Made by a program: the position numbers and the translations under genes
IMG/VR virus record: IMGVR_UViG_3300002026_000039
Location: 1 to 52,591 of that record
Source: a virus
Taxonomy: Duplodnaviria; Caudoviricetes
DNA length: 52,591 nt
Strand: one strand, 5' to 3'
Shown here: positions 28,414 through 38,102 of the stretch, one piece after another
How positions within the stretch are numbered: the first letter of the stretch is position 1
How the letters are laid out: each line of letters starts with the position of its first letter
Notes under the pieces: model-generated
Database searches by the model: none
What the model saw: the letters and a program-made list of their open reading frames with translations, nothing else
Told to the model about the DNA's origin: nothing

Positions 28414-29076
28414 TTATTCCTCCTTTTCTTTTTCAATTAATTGTGTTAAAACAACATCGATTTTTTCTAATAATTCTTCTCCAGATATATTTTCTGTTTC
28501 AAATTGTATTAAAGCTAATAAATTTTCACGATTTTGAAAATCTTCTAATTTATATTCACCTCCATTTAATACAACAATAATTTGTCCTGGGTATTCATCT
28601 ATCAATTCAGATAATACACCATTTGTAAATAAATTTTGTTCTGTCCAATGTGTTGATTTTGAATATTCTCCTGTTAATCTGGAAAGAAAAATACCAATAT
28701 TATCATTTTGTAAAAATACTTCAATCTCTTCCTTACTCCTAGCATCACAAACAACAAACGGTTTTGATACATCTAAATTTTGCCAATCTAATGATTTACG
28801 ATTAACCAATAAATTACATCTATTAATATTAGAACCTTTCCCTAACCAATCACCTGTATCGGTATGTTCATTACGAATTTCAGGATTATTTCTTTTAAGT
28901 TCTTCAAGTTCTTCAAAAGAAACATTTTTTCTTTCAGTTATTATACGTTTTATAGTATCAGCTATTCGAAATTTATAATATCCAAAATATGCTTTTAAAT
29001 AATCAGCTACTGTATCTTTACCACTACCTATTTTTCCTGATATAAAAAAATCTGGCTTTTCAAAATTGTTTTTCAT
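28414..29076 (-). CDS. deoxynucleoside monophosphate kinase
   Basis: ISGKIGSGKDTVADYL, IAD.IK, VVCDAR..EE. Confidence 0.8.
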   Translation of the reverse strand: MKNNFEKPDFFISGKIGSGKDTVADYLKAYFGYYKFRIADTIKRIITERKNVSFEELEELKRNNPEIRNEHTDTGDWLGKGSNINRCNLLVNRKSLDWQNLDVSKPFVVCDARSKEEIEVFLQNDNIGIFLSRLTGEYSKSTHWTEQNLFTNGVLSELIDEYPGQIIVVLNGGEYKLEDFQNRENLLALIQFETENISGEELLEKIDVVLTQLIEKEKEE

Positions 29077-29104
29077 GTTGTTATTCAGTTTATTATTATT
29101 TTAT

Positions 29105-29554
29105 TTATCCAGAAATTTTGTTTAATATAGTTTGAATTGAAATTAAATATTCTTCTGGTTGAACTATTAATTTATATGAATCATTTGTTATATCATCATA
29201 TTCTGGTTCCATGTATAAAATTTTAAAACCATTATTTATTGCAAGATTTTCATTAATTTGATTTCTCTTAGAAATTTTTTGAATCAAAATAGTTTTATGT
29301 CTAAGAATAACAACACTATTTTGATATTTTTTAACTATCAATAAATTATTTGCTGCCACAAATGGGTGAAATAAAACATAATCATCTTTTCCAATTTCAG
29401 ATAAATTTTTTTCTATAATATGTAATGGGCAATAAATAATTTTATATTGAATATTGGAATTATTTGATAAATAATTTTTTAAATAATTAATGATATTTTT
29501 TTGAATTTCTAATTGAAATGATATTTTTTCTTTTGTTAATAATATGTATATCAT
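29105..29554 (-). CDS. hypothetical protein (149 aa)
   Basis: ORF track. Confidence 0.65.
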   Translation of the reverse strand: MIYILLTKEKISFQLEIQKNIINYLKNYLSNNSNIQYKIIYCPLHIIEKNLSEIGKDDYVLFHPFVAANNLLIVKKYQNSVVILRHKTILIQKISKRNQINENLAINNGFKILYMEPEYDDITNDSYKLIVQPEEYLISIQTILNKISG

Positions 29555-29563
29555 GAATTTTTG

Positions 29564-30517
29564 TTATTTAAAAACTCCGCGTAATTCTACTAAGCAAGCG
29601 AAAAACGTTCCAAATTTGGTTGTTGTAGTTGACAACATATTTGAATATTTTGAAATAATAACGGCAACTTTTAATGTTTGTTCAAATTTACCATTAGAAT
29701 TCAAATATCTAAAATATGGTTCTGCTAATGAATTAATAGCATCTTTTTCTCTGCCTTTAAATTCTGTTGCTTTTTCATAAAATTTTTGTGAATCATGAAT
29801 AGTTTCTATTAATTCATATAATTCAATATTTTGTACTCCAATTTCTGAAGTTGCTCTAACATTTTCAATAGTTATTGATTTTTTACTATCAATTAATTGT
29901 TGAATAATAATTAATGAATGTCTAAAATCTGGAAAATTTTTGATATATAATTCTTTTAATCCAGGACCATCATGTTCTAATTTTTCTGAAACAGCAATAT
30001 TTTTTAAGTAAGTAACATAATTTATTTGTTGCTCCTGTAATTCATTTGCTTGAAAATTATATTCAACTTGTGTACAACGAGACAAAACAGCACTATTCAT
30101 TTTTTCAATTTCATTTGTAATAAAAATAAAATTTACTTTTTTAGAAGAATCCAATATGATTTTAAAAGCATCCTGTATTTTGTCAGAAATATTTTCTGCT
30201 TCATCAATAATGATGGTTTTTTGTTTATTTAAAACAGAATGATTTGATGCAAATGGATATACTTTTTCTCTTAAAACATTAACATTAAAATCATTAGAAC
30301 CTGAAAGATATAAAACATCAAATTTAGATTTATCAGAATTCAATAATCTTGCTGTAGTTGTTTTACCAGTTCCCGGAGGACCATGTAATAACAATCTATA
30401 TCCTGGTCTATGTATATTTTCTGTTATTAGTGAATGTATACGAATAGGTAATTTTAATTCATCTAATGATTTAGGTGAATATTTTTCCAAAATTGTTAAT
30501 GTTTGAGTATTTTCCAT
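29564..30517 (-). CDS. clamp loader AAA+ subunit (T4 gp44 / RFC-like)
   Basis: EKYSPKSLDE, GPPGTGKTT, IIIDEAE, SRC motif, FPDFR. Confidence 0.92.
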   Translation of the reverse strand: MENTQTLTILEKYSPKSLDELKLPIRIHSLITENIHRPGYRLLLHGPPGTGKTTTARLLNSDKSKFDVLYLSGSNDFNVNVLREKVYPFASNHSVLNKQKTIIIDEAENISDKIQDAFKIILDSSKKVNFIFITNEIEKMNSAVLSRCTQVEYNFQANELQEQQINYVTYLKNIAVSEKLEHDGPGLKELYIKNFPDFRHSLIIIQQLIDSKKSITIENVRATSEIGVQNIELYELIETIHDSQKFYEKATEFKGREKDAINSLAEPYFRYLNSNGKFEQTLKVAVIISKYSNMLSTTTTKFGTFFACLVELRGVFK

Positions 30518-30534
30518 TTTATAAATATAAGTTT

Positions 30535-30654
30535 TTATCTCATTCCAAAAAATCCTGCTGAATTATCATAATCATCATCATCATCATTTAGTTTATAATA
30601 AATAAAAACTATTATTAAAATAATGATTAACCCAAAAAATAATGTTGTTTTCAT
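30535..30654 (-). CDS. 39-aa small membrane protein (below the ORF-track cutoff)
   Basis: MKTTLFFGLIIILIIVFIYYKLNDDDDDYDNSAGFFGMR*. Confidence 0.55.
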   Translation of the reverse strand: MKTTLFFGLIIILIIVFIYYKLNDDDDDYDNSAGFFGMR

Positions 30655-30668
30655 TATTTTAATTATTT

Positions 30669-30839
30669 TTATTTATCGTAACAAATACAATCAGAACAAC
30701 ACATTTCATTGTTTTTATCACAATTATTTCCTTTACGTGATTCAATTTTTTCCTTTAGTTTATCGTGTTTATCAACTGTAAACAATAGTAAACAAATAAA
30801 CACAGATAAACAAAATCCAATTATTACAATACCTCCCAT
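30669..30839 (-). CDS. 56-aa membrane protein with Cys-rich tail (below the ORF-track cutoff)
   Basis: MGGIVIIGFCLSVFICLLLFTV...CCSDCICYDK*; start overlaps the upstream stop. Confidence 0.55.
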   Translation of the reverse strand: MGGIVIIGFCLSVFICLLLFTVDKHDKLKEKIESRKGNNCDKNNEMCCSDCICYDK

Positions 30840-31615
30840 TATATTTTTGTTTTTAAATTTTCTAAATAATTGTTTGATAAAACCTTTGCTTTATTTTCAA
30901 ATTGTTTTAAAAATAAATCTTGATTTTTTAAATATGAATCAGATATTTGTTTATCAATATCTTCATTTAATGTAACTAATTTTTTATTAATTAATTCATC
31001 AATTTTTTCTTGATTAACATCTTGAATTTCCTTTAAAGAATCTTCAAAATTAGTAATCATTGGTTGAATGAATTCTAATAATTTTTCTTCTGATAATGAA
31101 TTTGTTTCATCATTGGAGGATTCAACAATATCATTATCTTCAAATTCTAATATCCAATATTTACTACGAATATTAGATGAAAATAATTTAATCGTTAATG
31201 GTATTAAACATGCAATCATTAAAGCAAATATAAATTCATATATTTGATATTCTTTTTTATCAATAACTAAATGTTTTGAATAATAATAAATATTTATGAA
31301 AATTTCTATTATTGTAAATAACCAAACAGCAAAATTTGCTCGTTTAAAATTTTTAATTCCTTCATCTGTTTTATCATCTTTATCTGATATTGCAACCCAA
31401 TATAATAAACTTGATGAAATAAAAATTGATAACATTACTGATTGGAATATTTTCCAATTTCCTTCTAATGATGAAATATTTTCTAATAAAAAATATGTGT
31501 GAGCTACCTGACTTATTGTTCCTAATAAAACATAAATAAATGCAAATTCACTTGATACAATTATTGATACTAAAAATCTAATTGTTCTTTTAAAATTTAA
31601 AATAATCTTTTTCAT
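30839..31615 (-). CDS. multi-pass membrane protein with C-terminal coiled coil
   Basis: about four hydrophobic segments. Confidence 0.75.
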   Translation of the reverse strand: MKKIILNFKRTIRFLVSIIVSSEFAFIYVLLGTISQVAHTYFLLENISSLEGNWKIFQSVMLSIFISSSLLYWVAISDKDDKTDEGIKNFKRANFAVWLFTIIEIFINIYYYSKHLVIDKKEYQIYEFIFALMIACLIPLTIKLFSSNIRSKYWILEFEDNDIVESSNDETNSLSEEKLLEFIQPMITNFEDSLKEIQDVNQEKIDELINKKLVTLNEDIDKQISDSYLKNQDLFLKQFENKAKVLSNNYLENLKTKI

Positions 31616-31637
31616 GAAATTTTTATTAATATTAATA

Positions 31638-31665
31638 AAAATCCGGTAAAATTTTACCGGATTTT
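31638..31665. terminator. perfect 28-bp palindrome, probable terminator
   Basis: AAAATCCGGTAAAATTTTACCGGATTTT, intergenic with A/T tails. Confidence 0.65.
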
Positions 31666-31675
31666 ATTTTTGTTT

Positions 31676-33217
31676 TTATATTTTTAATAATAAATCTTCT
31701 GTTGATTCTTCTGTTACCTCAGTAACCTCAGTAACATCCATATTATAAAATTCACTAACACCTGTTAAGAATTGCATTTCAAATTGTAATGTTTCAATAT
31801 CATCAATTGATTCAAAAATTGTTTTTAAATTAACATTATTTACAAGATAATCACGTAAATTTACATAAGTATTTACATGTTCTCCAGCAATATTACAATC
31901 TTCAATTAAACCAATCATTTGATGTAATTGTTTATATGTGAAAATTTGATTTTCATTTAATTGTGTAAACAAATATGATTTTCTTTCTGCATTATCAATA
32001 ATACAAGAATGAATTAAATCATTAATATATGTAATAATTCTTGGATGAATATCTGGATTTATTTCTGAAACATAAATTTCCACCAATTTTTTATAATTTT
32101 CCTTTAAATTATCTAAATAAATATTAATTTTATCTAAAAATAGTATTTTTGGAAAATTAAATACTTGTTCAAATTCAGTACGATTTTTATCTTTATTTTC
32201 TTTTATATATTGATAAACATATTGTACTAAATCTGAATTTTTTGATATTTCCATAAATGTTAAAAATAAATCATTTTCATTTTCAACTGATTTATTATCA
32301 TTAACTTCTATTAAAACACCTTTAATAAAATTATCTGTATCTTCTGGATTATTAAAAACAGGAAGATTTTCAATTTCTACTGTTTCATCAATTTCATTGA
32401 TAACTTTTTCTGTTTCCAAAATTTCATCTGATAATTCAGGAGTTAATTCATTTAATAGGTCTGGATTTTCAACAAAATCAATATAGTGATTTATACCACT
32501 ATCCTTATTAGAATTTTCAAAATATTCTTTCAAAGATAAAATCGAATCAAAATAAACAAGAGAAAATTTTTGTAACTCAAAATAATCTGATGCTTTGTTA
32601 ATAGCTTTATTAAATTCTGTATTTGAATATAAAGCTCTAAGATTTTTAAATGTACTACCAATTATGTTTAGATTTTCATAAATGATTTTATTTATTTTCA
32701 ATAATTCAGCATAAGAATAATTATTCTTTGTTTTCATCAAATCATTAATTTCAATAGCAAATTGCATTGGAAAATTACTATTTCTAATAATAGTATTAAT
32801 ATTTGATTTTATATTATTGAAAACTATCAAATCCATTGGAATTTTAGATATAATCAAATCTTTCAATTCATCTTTTATTTGTTCTAAATTTTCAACAGAA
32901 ACATTTAAAATAATATTATGATATTTTCTTAATTGTTCAGCTGTTATGTCAACATTATTCATACGTAAAATAAAATTATCCATAATATTTTTACGATAAC
33001 TTTCTTTTTGTGAACAAAATTCTAAACCATACATATAAGCAATATTGCCTAATAATTCAAAATCTTCTTTTTTCAGGAAAAAATTATTTTTTTCAATTTT
33101 TTCAAAAGTTTTATCTATATCGGCATTTTTTATTTTTTCAACAATAGAATTATACAAAGAAATTTCTGTTTTTGCTTGATGTTGATTTAAGTTTAAATTT
33201 TCTGGTGTTTGTTCCAT
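31676..33217 (-). CDS. hypothetical protein (513 aa, acidic, helical)
   Basis: long ORF. Confidence 0.8.
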   Translation of the reverse strand: MEQTPENLNLNQHQAKTEISLYNSIVEKIKNADIDKTFEKIEKNNFFLKKEDFELLGNIAYMYGLEFCSQKESYRKNIMDNFILRMNNVDITAEQLRKYHNIILNVSVENLEQIKDELKDLIISKIPMDLIVFNNIKSNINTIIRNSNFPMQFAIEINDLMKTKNNYSYAELLKINKIIYENLNIIGSTFKNLRALYSNTEFNKAINKASDYFELQKFSLVYFDSILSLKEYFENSNKDSGINHYIDFVENPDLLNELTPELSDEILETEKVINEIDETVEIENLPVFNNPEDTDNFIKGVLIEVNDNKSVENENDLFLTFMEISKNSDLVQYVYQYIKENKDKNRTEFEQVFNFPKILFLDKINIYLDNLKENYKKLVEIYVSEINPDIHPRIITYINDLIHSCIIDNAERKSYLFTQLNENQIFTYKQLHQMIGLIEDCNIAGEHVNTYVNLRDYLVNNVNLKTIFESIDDIETLQFEMQFLTGVSEFYNMDVTEVTEVTEESTEDLLLKI

Positions 33218-33259
33218 TTTTAATTATTTTTAATTATTATTTTATTCATGATTATTTAT

Positions 33260-33288
33260 TATATCCTAAAAATTAAACATTAATAAGA
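33260..33288 (-). promoter_or_regulatory. recurrent promoter-like motif
   Basis: TATTAATG-N9-TAGGATATA. Confidence 0.55.
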
Positions 33289-33797
33289 AGTTCTTTTAAT
33301 ACAATTATTAATGAGAAAAAAAGTATACACCATAAAATTAACCATTTAAAATTATTTTCAATTAAATAATATCTATAATATCTAATATCAACTTGATATT
33401 TTTTAATTTTATTTTCAGGAATTATTGATGTTATAACATGTAAATTTATATAATTTTCAACATCAAAAGCTGTATTTTCAGATATTTTTTTTGTAAATTC
33501 ATTAGTAAATTCAAACTTTATTTTAACCTCCATTTCATCTAATGAAAATTGGTCCATAAATGAATTTGGTTCAATTATATCAATTTTATATAATTTATTC
33601 CATCTATATCCAAATTCATTTGTATCAAGAAAAGAAATCAAATCATCATTTGTTAATATTTCTGTTTTTATTTTATTCCAATAATAATAAAAACATAATA
33701 AATCAAATAAATAAAATATTGGACAAAATAAATAATATAAAAATCTGTAATATTTATTTTTTTCAGTATAATCTAGTATTTTTAAAATTTTATTCAT
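33273..33797 (-). CDS. membrane protein (N- and C-terminal TM)
   Basis: two hydrophobic segments. Confidence 0.7.
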   Translation of the reverse strand: MNKILKILDYTEKNKYYRFLYYLFCPIFYLFDLLCFYYYWNKIKTEILTNDDLISFLDTNEFGYRWNKLYKIDIIEPNSFMDQFSLDEMEVKIKFEFTNEFTKKISENTAFDVENYINLHVITSIIPENKIKKYQVDIRYYRYYLIENNFKWLILWCILFFSLIIVLKELLINV

Positions 33798-33806
33798 GAT
33801 TTTTGT

Positions 33807-34661
33807 TTATTTAGTTGGGTCTAATTTAGTTAAATATGTTTCTATATTATTTTCTGATTCAATATTAAATATTGGTTTAAGTCCTGAACCTACATCTGTT
33901 CCATTAATGTTTCCACTATTTATTTGATTTCCATTTCCATCATAAATTCCAACCAATTGTCCTTGTTGATTATATTGTCCACCTTCAATTGGGTTCCCAT
34001 TAATATCATAACCACCTACATAATTTCCATTAATATCATAACCTCCAGGTTGCATTGATTGTCCACCAAAACCAAGTTTTTCTATAGTTGAAAAATTAAC
34101 AAAAAATAATTGTAAAATCAAATCAATATTTGCTTTAATAACATAATTTTTTGTACCGCTACCAATATCCATAGAATTTTTTTCCATAGACATACTTGTT
34201 AAATTATAATTACCTTGATAATCATTACCTAAATGATGATATGTAAATGTATTATCTAAAGATAATATACTACCAATAACTTCTAAATATTCCAAAGCTT
34301 TAATAAAATTGGAACAAACTAAATTAATTATTATTGGTAAATTTGTTGCTTTTCTTCTTATTTGACTTCTATAATTTTCATCATTAAAACGATAAATTAT
34401 TTTAGTATATTGATTAGTATCTTGGTCTGTTTGAAATTCAACAGAATCAATAGCTATAATTACTCTTGGAACTTGTAAATATTTTTCTTTTGTTTCTTGA
34501 AATTTTTCTCTAAAAAAATATGATTCGTCACCTGAATCTAAAATTAAAATAGGTATATCAGAATATATTTCATTTAATTTTTTTTCAAAGTTTCCAACAA
34601 AAGCTGTTAAACCACGTTCTATTTGTTTAAATTCATATTTTATTGGTTTAGTATTTTCCAT
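33807..34661 (-). CDS. possible tail terminator / sheath stabiliser (T4 gp15-like) with Gly-rich repeats
   Basis: VPRVIIAIDSVEF segment resembles gp15-type proteins; GGYDINGN twice; weak. Confidence 0.4.
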   Translation of the reverse strand: MENTKPIKYEFKQIERGLTAFVGNFEKKLNEIYSDIPILILDSGDESYFFREKFQETKEKYLQVPRVIIAIDSVEFQTDQDTNQYTKIIYRFNDENYRSQIRRKATNLPIIINLVCSNFIKALEYLEVIGSILSLDNTFTYHHLGNDYQGNYNLTSMSMEKNSMDIGSGTKNYVIKANIDLILQLFFVNFSTIEKLGFGGQSMQPGGYDINGNYVGGYDINGNPIEGGQYNQQGQLVGIYDGNGNQINSGNINGTDVGSGLKPIFNIESENNIETYLTKLDPTK

Positions 34662-34664
34662 ATT

Positions 34665-35120
34665 TTATTTATTTATTAAATCAAATAATGTTGTTACTTT
34701 ATTTGGGTTATTTAATTTATCTAATTTTTTAAATTGTTCAATACCTATAATATCTATTGTACCATTTTTTATCATTATTTGTAGTTTTTCATGAAGTGAT
34801 AAAAAACATTTATTATATGGTAAATCAAAATAATCACAATATTCAATAAAAATTTTATGTATTTTTATGTATGGTGTTTTTTGAGATTTGCATAACTTAA
34901 TTAAATTTACAAAACTTATATTTAACTTGTTAATATCATTTAATAATAAATTGGTTTCTATTAACAAAAAATCCTTATCAAATGTTGTTTCTATACATTT
35001 GATAAGAAATTCTTTTTCATCATTAACATCAAATAACATATCTGGTTCAATAGATATTTGTTTGTATATATTTGTTATATCTGACAAATAATTCATTGAA
35101 TCATTAATATTATTTTCCAT
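34665..35120 (-). CDS. hypothetical protein (151 aa)
   Basis: ORF track. Confidence 0.7.
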   Translation of the reverse strand: MENNINDSMNYLSDITNIYKQISIEPDMLFDVNDEKEFLIKCIETTFDKDFLLIETNLLLNDINKLNISFVNLIKLCKSQKTPYIKIHKIFIEYCDYFDLPYNKCFLSLHEKLQIMIKNGTIDIIGIEQFKKLDKLNNPNKVTTLFDLINK

Positions 35121-35135
35121 TTGTTTTTTATTGTT

Positions 35136-35759
35136 TTATTGTTTTTTTGATAATTTTAATCCTTCTTGTAAATAAAGTTTATATGCTGATTTATCCATAT
35201 TAGTAATATTATTTGTTACATAATATCCATAACCTAAAATAAATTCATTAACTTTTACGGAACATTCTTTCATTTCTTGAATGAATTTTTCAACATCTAT
35301 TTTTGTTAAAACACTAACATTTGAAAATAATGGAATTAACCAAAATAATTCATTCATTTGTGAATCAGCTGAACTTGATAATTTTAAATTTTTATTTACT
35401 TTTTTGTAAATATCAAATTTTGCTGAATTAGCTAATAAATCTGAAAACATTTTTGTTAATTTATTTCTTTCAGATTTAACTTTTGTTGATTCCAAAACAC
35501 AAATAACAAATATAATAGAATATTGGTCATAAATATTTTTTGTTAAATTTAATGGAATTCTTGAATTTAACATTAATGTTTGTTGTTCAATCAAAAAAGA
35601 AACAATATCAAAATCACTACATTTTGGTGTATTGTTTGTTAAAAACAACATTAAATCTGAATTATTTGATTTTAATGTTTCAACAGCTGAAGTAATTTCT
35701 TTTAATCGCATTCTTCCTGTTGCTTGTTCTAAAGTGGTTAAAAAATTATTTATTTCCAT
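35136..35759 (-). CDS. hypothetical protein (207 aa)
   Basis: ORF track. Confidence 0.7.
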   Translation of the reverse strand: MEINNFLTTLEQATGRMRLKEITSAVETLKSNNSDLMLFLTNNTPKCSDFDIVSFLIEQQTLMLNSRIPLNLTKNIYDQYSIIFVICVLESTKVKSERNKLTKMFSDLLANSAKFDIYKKVNKNLKLSSSADSQMNELFWLIPLFSNVSVLTKIDVEKFIQEMKECSVKVNEFILGYGYYVTNNITNMDKSAYKLYLQEGLKLSKKQ

Positions 35760-35822
35760 GATATTTTATATTAATTACTAATTTTTATTATATATTTGTA
35801 TTATATTTTGAAAAATTTTTAA

Positions 35823-36503
35823 TTATCTTTCCAAAATATTTGTAAAACCTACTTCATATCCATGTTTTTTTAATTCAGTAATAACTAATTTTAATCCTTC
35901 ATCAGAAGCAATAAAACCTTCATTTGCAGAACCAAAATCACCACTTCTAATTAATCCAATTTTTTTACTCATTTCATTTGGAATATATGTTCTTCCATTC
36001 AAATTGTAAAAAATACCCGAATCAGACATTCTATCAAAACGAACCATATAAATATCCATATTGCCTCGTTTATCAAAATAAATATTACAAATTTTTTCTG
36101 AATTTGATTTAATATTATGTGCTAATTCCTTTAAAAAATTTTGTTGAAAATTAAATTGAACAACTTTGGATTTTTTATAAATTCTTGGTTTAAATACAAA
36201 ATTGGAAAATATTTGTTTTCCAATTTTTTCAATAATTTTTAAATTAAATTTTTGATTTTCTGTAATAATAAAATATTCCATATTATCACCTCTTTGTATT
36301 TTATATTTTTGAAATCCAAAATCTTCCGTATTTAATTCATTTATAAATAAATCAAGATTATTTTTTATTTTTTCAGGTGTTAAAAATTCATATACATCTT
36401 TTGATGAGTACCATAACCATGATAATCTTTTATCAATTTTATCATAATTATCTGTTTTTGTTGAAGATAATTTTGTGTTTTCAGGTATTTTCATGATTTT
36501 CAT
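35823..36503 (-). CDS. hypothetical protein (226 aa)
   Basis: ORF track. Confidence 0.7.
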   Translation of the reverse strand: MKIMKIPENTKLSSTKTDNYDKIDKRLSWLWYSSKDVYEFLTPEKIKNNLDLFINELNTEDFGFQKYKIQRGDNMEYFIITENQKFNLKIIEKIGKQIFSNFVFKPRIYKKSKVVQFNFQQNFLKELAHNIKSNSEKICNIYFDKRGNMDIYMVRFDRMSDSGIFYNLNGRTYIPNEMSKKIGLIRSGDFGSANEGFIASDEGLKLVITELKKHGYEVGFTNILER

Positions 36504-36508
36504 TTGCT

Positions 36509-38053
36509 TTATATTGTTACTGTAAATTCCTTGCTGGGGTGTTTTTCATCTTCATAAATTTTATTTCTTTCTTTTGCATGATTTTTAAAAGCACAACGTT
36601 TCATATTATCTTGATAATCAAAAACATTTAAAACTTTCTTTTTGTTATGTAAGCGAACACCTCTCCCAGTTCCTTGTTTAACTCTAAATTTACTCCTACC
36701 ACCATTAGGAAAATGGACATGATGTATATTATTAATACTAACTCCAGTACTCATTGTTTCATAAGTTGCGATAAGAACCATATCTTCACGTTCTTCCATA
36801 GAAGTTTTTATAAAATCTCTGTCATTTGTTGAAATTTTACCGTGTATTATATCAACATATTTATTAGGACATTCATTTGAAATAAATTCTTTTAAATATT
36901 CACAATATTCAACGGATTCAACTAAAATTAAATGATTATTTTCAAATCCATTAATTAATTTTGTAATTAATTTTGTTCTTGGTTCGTAATTTTGAAAAAA
37001 TACTTTTTCAATTCTATATTTTTCAGCACCCACTATTCCAGATTCTATTAAATTTTCTGAAAAATGTTTATTTTCTTCATCATAATTAATAATAATTTTG
37101 TTTATAAAAACAGGTGTAATATTTCCATCTTGAATTAAATCGTAAGTATCTTTAACAAATACCAATGGTCCAAACATAGAAACTATAGATAAATAATCTA
37201 ACGTATTATAATCTGGGTACGTAGCGGTCATTGAAAATAAATATTCAGCATTAAAACATTTTGAATATATATCATTTCTTACTGAATAAGCTTTTGCTGA
37301 ATGTGCTTCATCACAAATAACACAACTAAAATCATCAAAATATTCTTTTTCATAATTTTTTAATGATTGATATGTTCCAATAACAATATTTGCATTTGCA
37401 ACTTTTTTAGCACCTGAATAAATTGTTTCAACTTTTAAAGGAACATCATTAAATGTATCAAATTCATCAAAAGCAGTTGCTGTTTGTCTTACTAAATCTT
37501 TACGATTAATAATAATTAATATTTTTTTATCTTTGGAAATTATATTATCAATTAAATATCGACAATATAAATATGTAATCATGGTTTTTCCACCTCCCGT
37601 TCCAACTTCGATTCTGCTTTGTTTAAATAATAAAGCCCTATAAACAGATTCAAGTTGATAAAAATATTCATCTTGAAATAAATTGTATTTAGGAGGTAAT
37701 GTTAATATTTCAACGTATTCTTCAACATCAGATTTTTTAATATCAGAATATAAAAATCCACTATTTTCAAGTTTAATGTTTGGTAATATTGGTTTTAATC
37801 CTTTTAAAACATCTTGCCAAAGTTGAGCAGGAAAAAATGTTTTGTCAATTAAATAACTTTCACAAACATTTTTATTAAATGATTTAATAAATGGTTTATA
37901 TTCAGTTCTAGATAATATATTTTCAACAGATTTAAACAAACTCAAATCTTCTTTTGTTTCCAAAACTACCTTAACATAGTTTTTGAAATTTTTTCCAGGT
38001 GTAGCTATAAATTTCATGATAAAAATAATTTTTAATTCAAAGTAAAAAAGCAA
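36509..38053 (-). CDS. uvsW: UvsW-like SF2 DNA helicase (true start probably the ATG near 38017)
   Basis: GTGGGKT, GTYQSL, CDEAH, MTAT, YETMSTGVSI, QGTGRGVR; the annotated TTG start overlaps a terminator hairpin. Confidence 0.88.
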   Translation of the reverse strand: MLFYFELKIIFIMKFIATPGKNFKNYVKVVLETKEDLSLFKSVENILSRTEYKPFIKSFNKNVCESYLIDKTFFPAQLWQDVLKGLKPILPNIKLENSGFLYSDIKKSDVEEYVEILTLPPKYNLFQDEYFYQLESVYRALLFKQSRIEVGTGGGKTMITYLYCRYLIDNIISKDKKILIIINRKDLVRQTATAFDEFDTFNDVPLKVETIYSGAKKVANANIVIGTYQSLKNYEKEYFDDFSCVICDEAHSAKAYSVRNDIYSKCFNAEYLFSMTATYPDYNTLDYLSIVSMFGPLVFVKDTYDLIQDGNITPVFINKIIINYDEENKHFSENLIESGIVGAEKYRIEKVFFQNYEPRTKLITKLINGFENNHLILVESVEYCEYLKEFISNECPNKYVDIIHGKISTNDRDFIKTSMEEREDMVLIATYETMSTGVSINNIHHVHFPNGGRSKFRVKQGTGRGVRLHNKKKVLNVFDYQDNMKRCAFKNHAKERNKIYEDEKHPSKEFTVTI

Positions 38054-38072
38054 GTCCCGGAAAACTTGCTTT
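38044..38072 (-). terminator. intrinsic terminator
   Basis: AAAGCAAGT..ACTTGCTTT stem running into a T tract on the minus strand. Confidence 0.7.
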
Positions 38073-38102
38073 GTTTATTTACAAAATAATATAAATGAAT
38101 AA

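Noticed and set aside
34665-35120. T4 gp33-like late transcription coactivator
   Set aside because: Only a vague helical resemblance; cannot be supported without a profile search
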